Source: Phoronis australis (taxonomy: Eukaryota > Animalia > Phoronida). Taken from it: a stretch of 64,000 nt of DNA. The position numbers and the translations under genes are program-made. The number at the start of each line of letters is the position of its first letter. Position 1 is the stretch's first letter. Below, piece by piece: positions 62,437-64,000 of this stretch. The stretch spans positions 124,001 to 188,000 of the forward strand of contig NMRA01000031.1 of assembly GCA_002633005.1 (NCBI GenBank), read 5' to 3'. Under the pieces are notes generated by a model. It did not search any database and was not told the origin of the DNA. It saw only the letters and a list, made by a program, of their open reading frames with translations.

Positions 62437-63309
62437 GTAGGTTGTTTACACTTTTTGTTCAGTACCTTGTTTACATTTGTTGTAGGAATCGACTCTGCCT
62501 TGTTTTGGGTAAAAACATTTTCATGTTTGGCCATTGCTTCAAACAGTTATCCCCTTGTTAAGGTTAGTTTCCAATGATCCAATTTTCAAAGCATTATGTC
62601 AAACTTTGTTCATTTTTTTCAGTTTAGGGGTTTGCACGTTTGTATCAGTTCAATGCGGTTATTCATGACCAATTTGGCACCCATTCAGTGGAGAAAGCTG
62701 GTTCCCAAAATGCGGGTCCCCTGTAAGTGTCCGTCGCCATATCTAGAGCGTTTTTTTTTTAATTTTCTTTTTCATCAAATACATTTTACAAACGTGAAAA
62801 TGAAGAGAAAACATTCATAAGCACATACATATACACATGCACACTTGTGGTGAGGCTCATTTACAACTCAAAATAAACTGCTTTGGTATAAAAGTACCAT
62901 TGGGCCCGTCTGGTATTAAAGTCGTTGAGTTTTAGAATATTGTGAAATAAATATTTTTCAATTTTGAAATACTCAGACTTCACTTTTAAAGTAAGTCAAA
63001 TTGGGAGTCGAATTTTTAAGATGCTGGCAATAGATATGAAATTTTCCTAGGCATACAGTTAGATATCTTGTCCTTCAATCTCCCCAAAAATGTATCTAAA
63101 TTTGAATAATCTATAACGAGTTCCTGGTTTTGTTTATGATCCAGTCATGAACTGAAATCCCAAAAGACCATGTAAAATCAGTTCCAATACAATGTAATGT
63201 TGTACGCAGTTTTTTTAGACAAATGTTACTCTTTGCATATTATTGCCAGGGCATGTAGTTTTTCTACACGGTTGTTAGTTGCTTGGTATAACTGCACTGA
63301 AGCTACTAA

Positions 63310-63880
63310 GGGCTGTTCCAGCAAAATCTGTGTGGGAGGGGGGGGGAGGCAACTAAAATAAAAATTTATGGGTGGTTGCGTTTGATTTAAATTCAAAATG
63401 GCTGGTGGTCGTACTTCAAAAACTAAAAATTTACAGGTCGTTGCTGTTTCATTCGGCCATAAATGTTTGATGGTGGGTAATTTTAGTAAATTTTATAAAC
63501 AATCCGCACAGAATCAAAAATTGAAACAAAAATGCAACTTGCAAAAAGCTCCGACTTTTTCACTCCCTCTGATCTCCTCATCGGCATGCCCATAACACCA
63601 TTTAACCACAGGTGCTCGAATTTCTCGATGGCTAATAACCACATATAAGAAACATATGTTTTCTTAGTAATGAATAACGTTAGTGTTGATGGAGGAACAG
63701 ATAAACTCAAGCGCCTGTGCAGTCAACCACAAGAACAAAAAAAAAATTACGGGTGGTTGCATTTCAAACTTATAAAAAATTATGGGTGGTAGGCTGAAGA
63801 AATAAATGAAAAATACGGGTGGTGGGTGCGAAAAAAAGGTGTCTTCCCCCCCTCCCATACAGATTTTACTGGAACAGCCC
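63310..63880. mobile_element. PIF/Harbinger (Tourist-like) MITE, 571 bp
   Basis: About 35-bp TIR GGGCTGTTCCAGYAAAATCTGTRTGGGAGGGGGGG; TAA target duplication on both flanks. Confidence 0.92.
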
Positions 63881-64000
63881 TAAGATGACTTGTTACTCCA
63901 CTGTGCCAGTAACGTCGCAACTAGAGCTAATTTACCAAGACACACAGTGAAACAAAACGTTTGTATAAAATGTTTCATGGATCCTGGAAAGTTTTGAGCT

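Overview
AT-rich eukaryotic (animal, invertebrate-like) genomic DNA from a draft assembly, with an 843-N gap and several single-N joins. Three spliced genes can be rebuilt by hand from splice sites and codon phase. (1) A small cysteine-rich gene on + (four phase-compatible exons, 7722-11885), mostly missed by the ORF track, whose last two exons each encode a fibronectin type I (FN1)-like module. (2) A PP2C-like phosphatase of the Drosophila CG9801 family on - (six coding exons, 45531 to 19535, about 742 aa). (3) The first six coding exons of the oligosaccharyltransferase catalytic subunit STT3B on + (from 52230), head-to-head with gene 2. The rest is rich in mobile DNA: a young Ty3/Gypsy element with intact pol and a 155-bp LTR, a decayed Penelope-like element with a hammerhead-like motif, CR1/L2-like and HERO-like LINE remnants, tRNA-derived SINE heads and many MITEs. 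The most notable observations are the tandem FN1-like modules and a strand-biased, roughly 22-nt-periodic CACAR-plus-variable-spacer array in STT3B intron 1. Two near-identical tandem duplications joined at single Ns are probably assembly artefacts. All family assignments come from remembered motifs; no database search was run.
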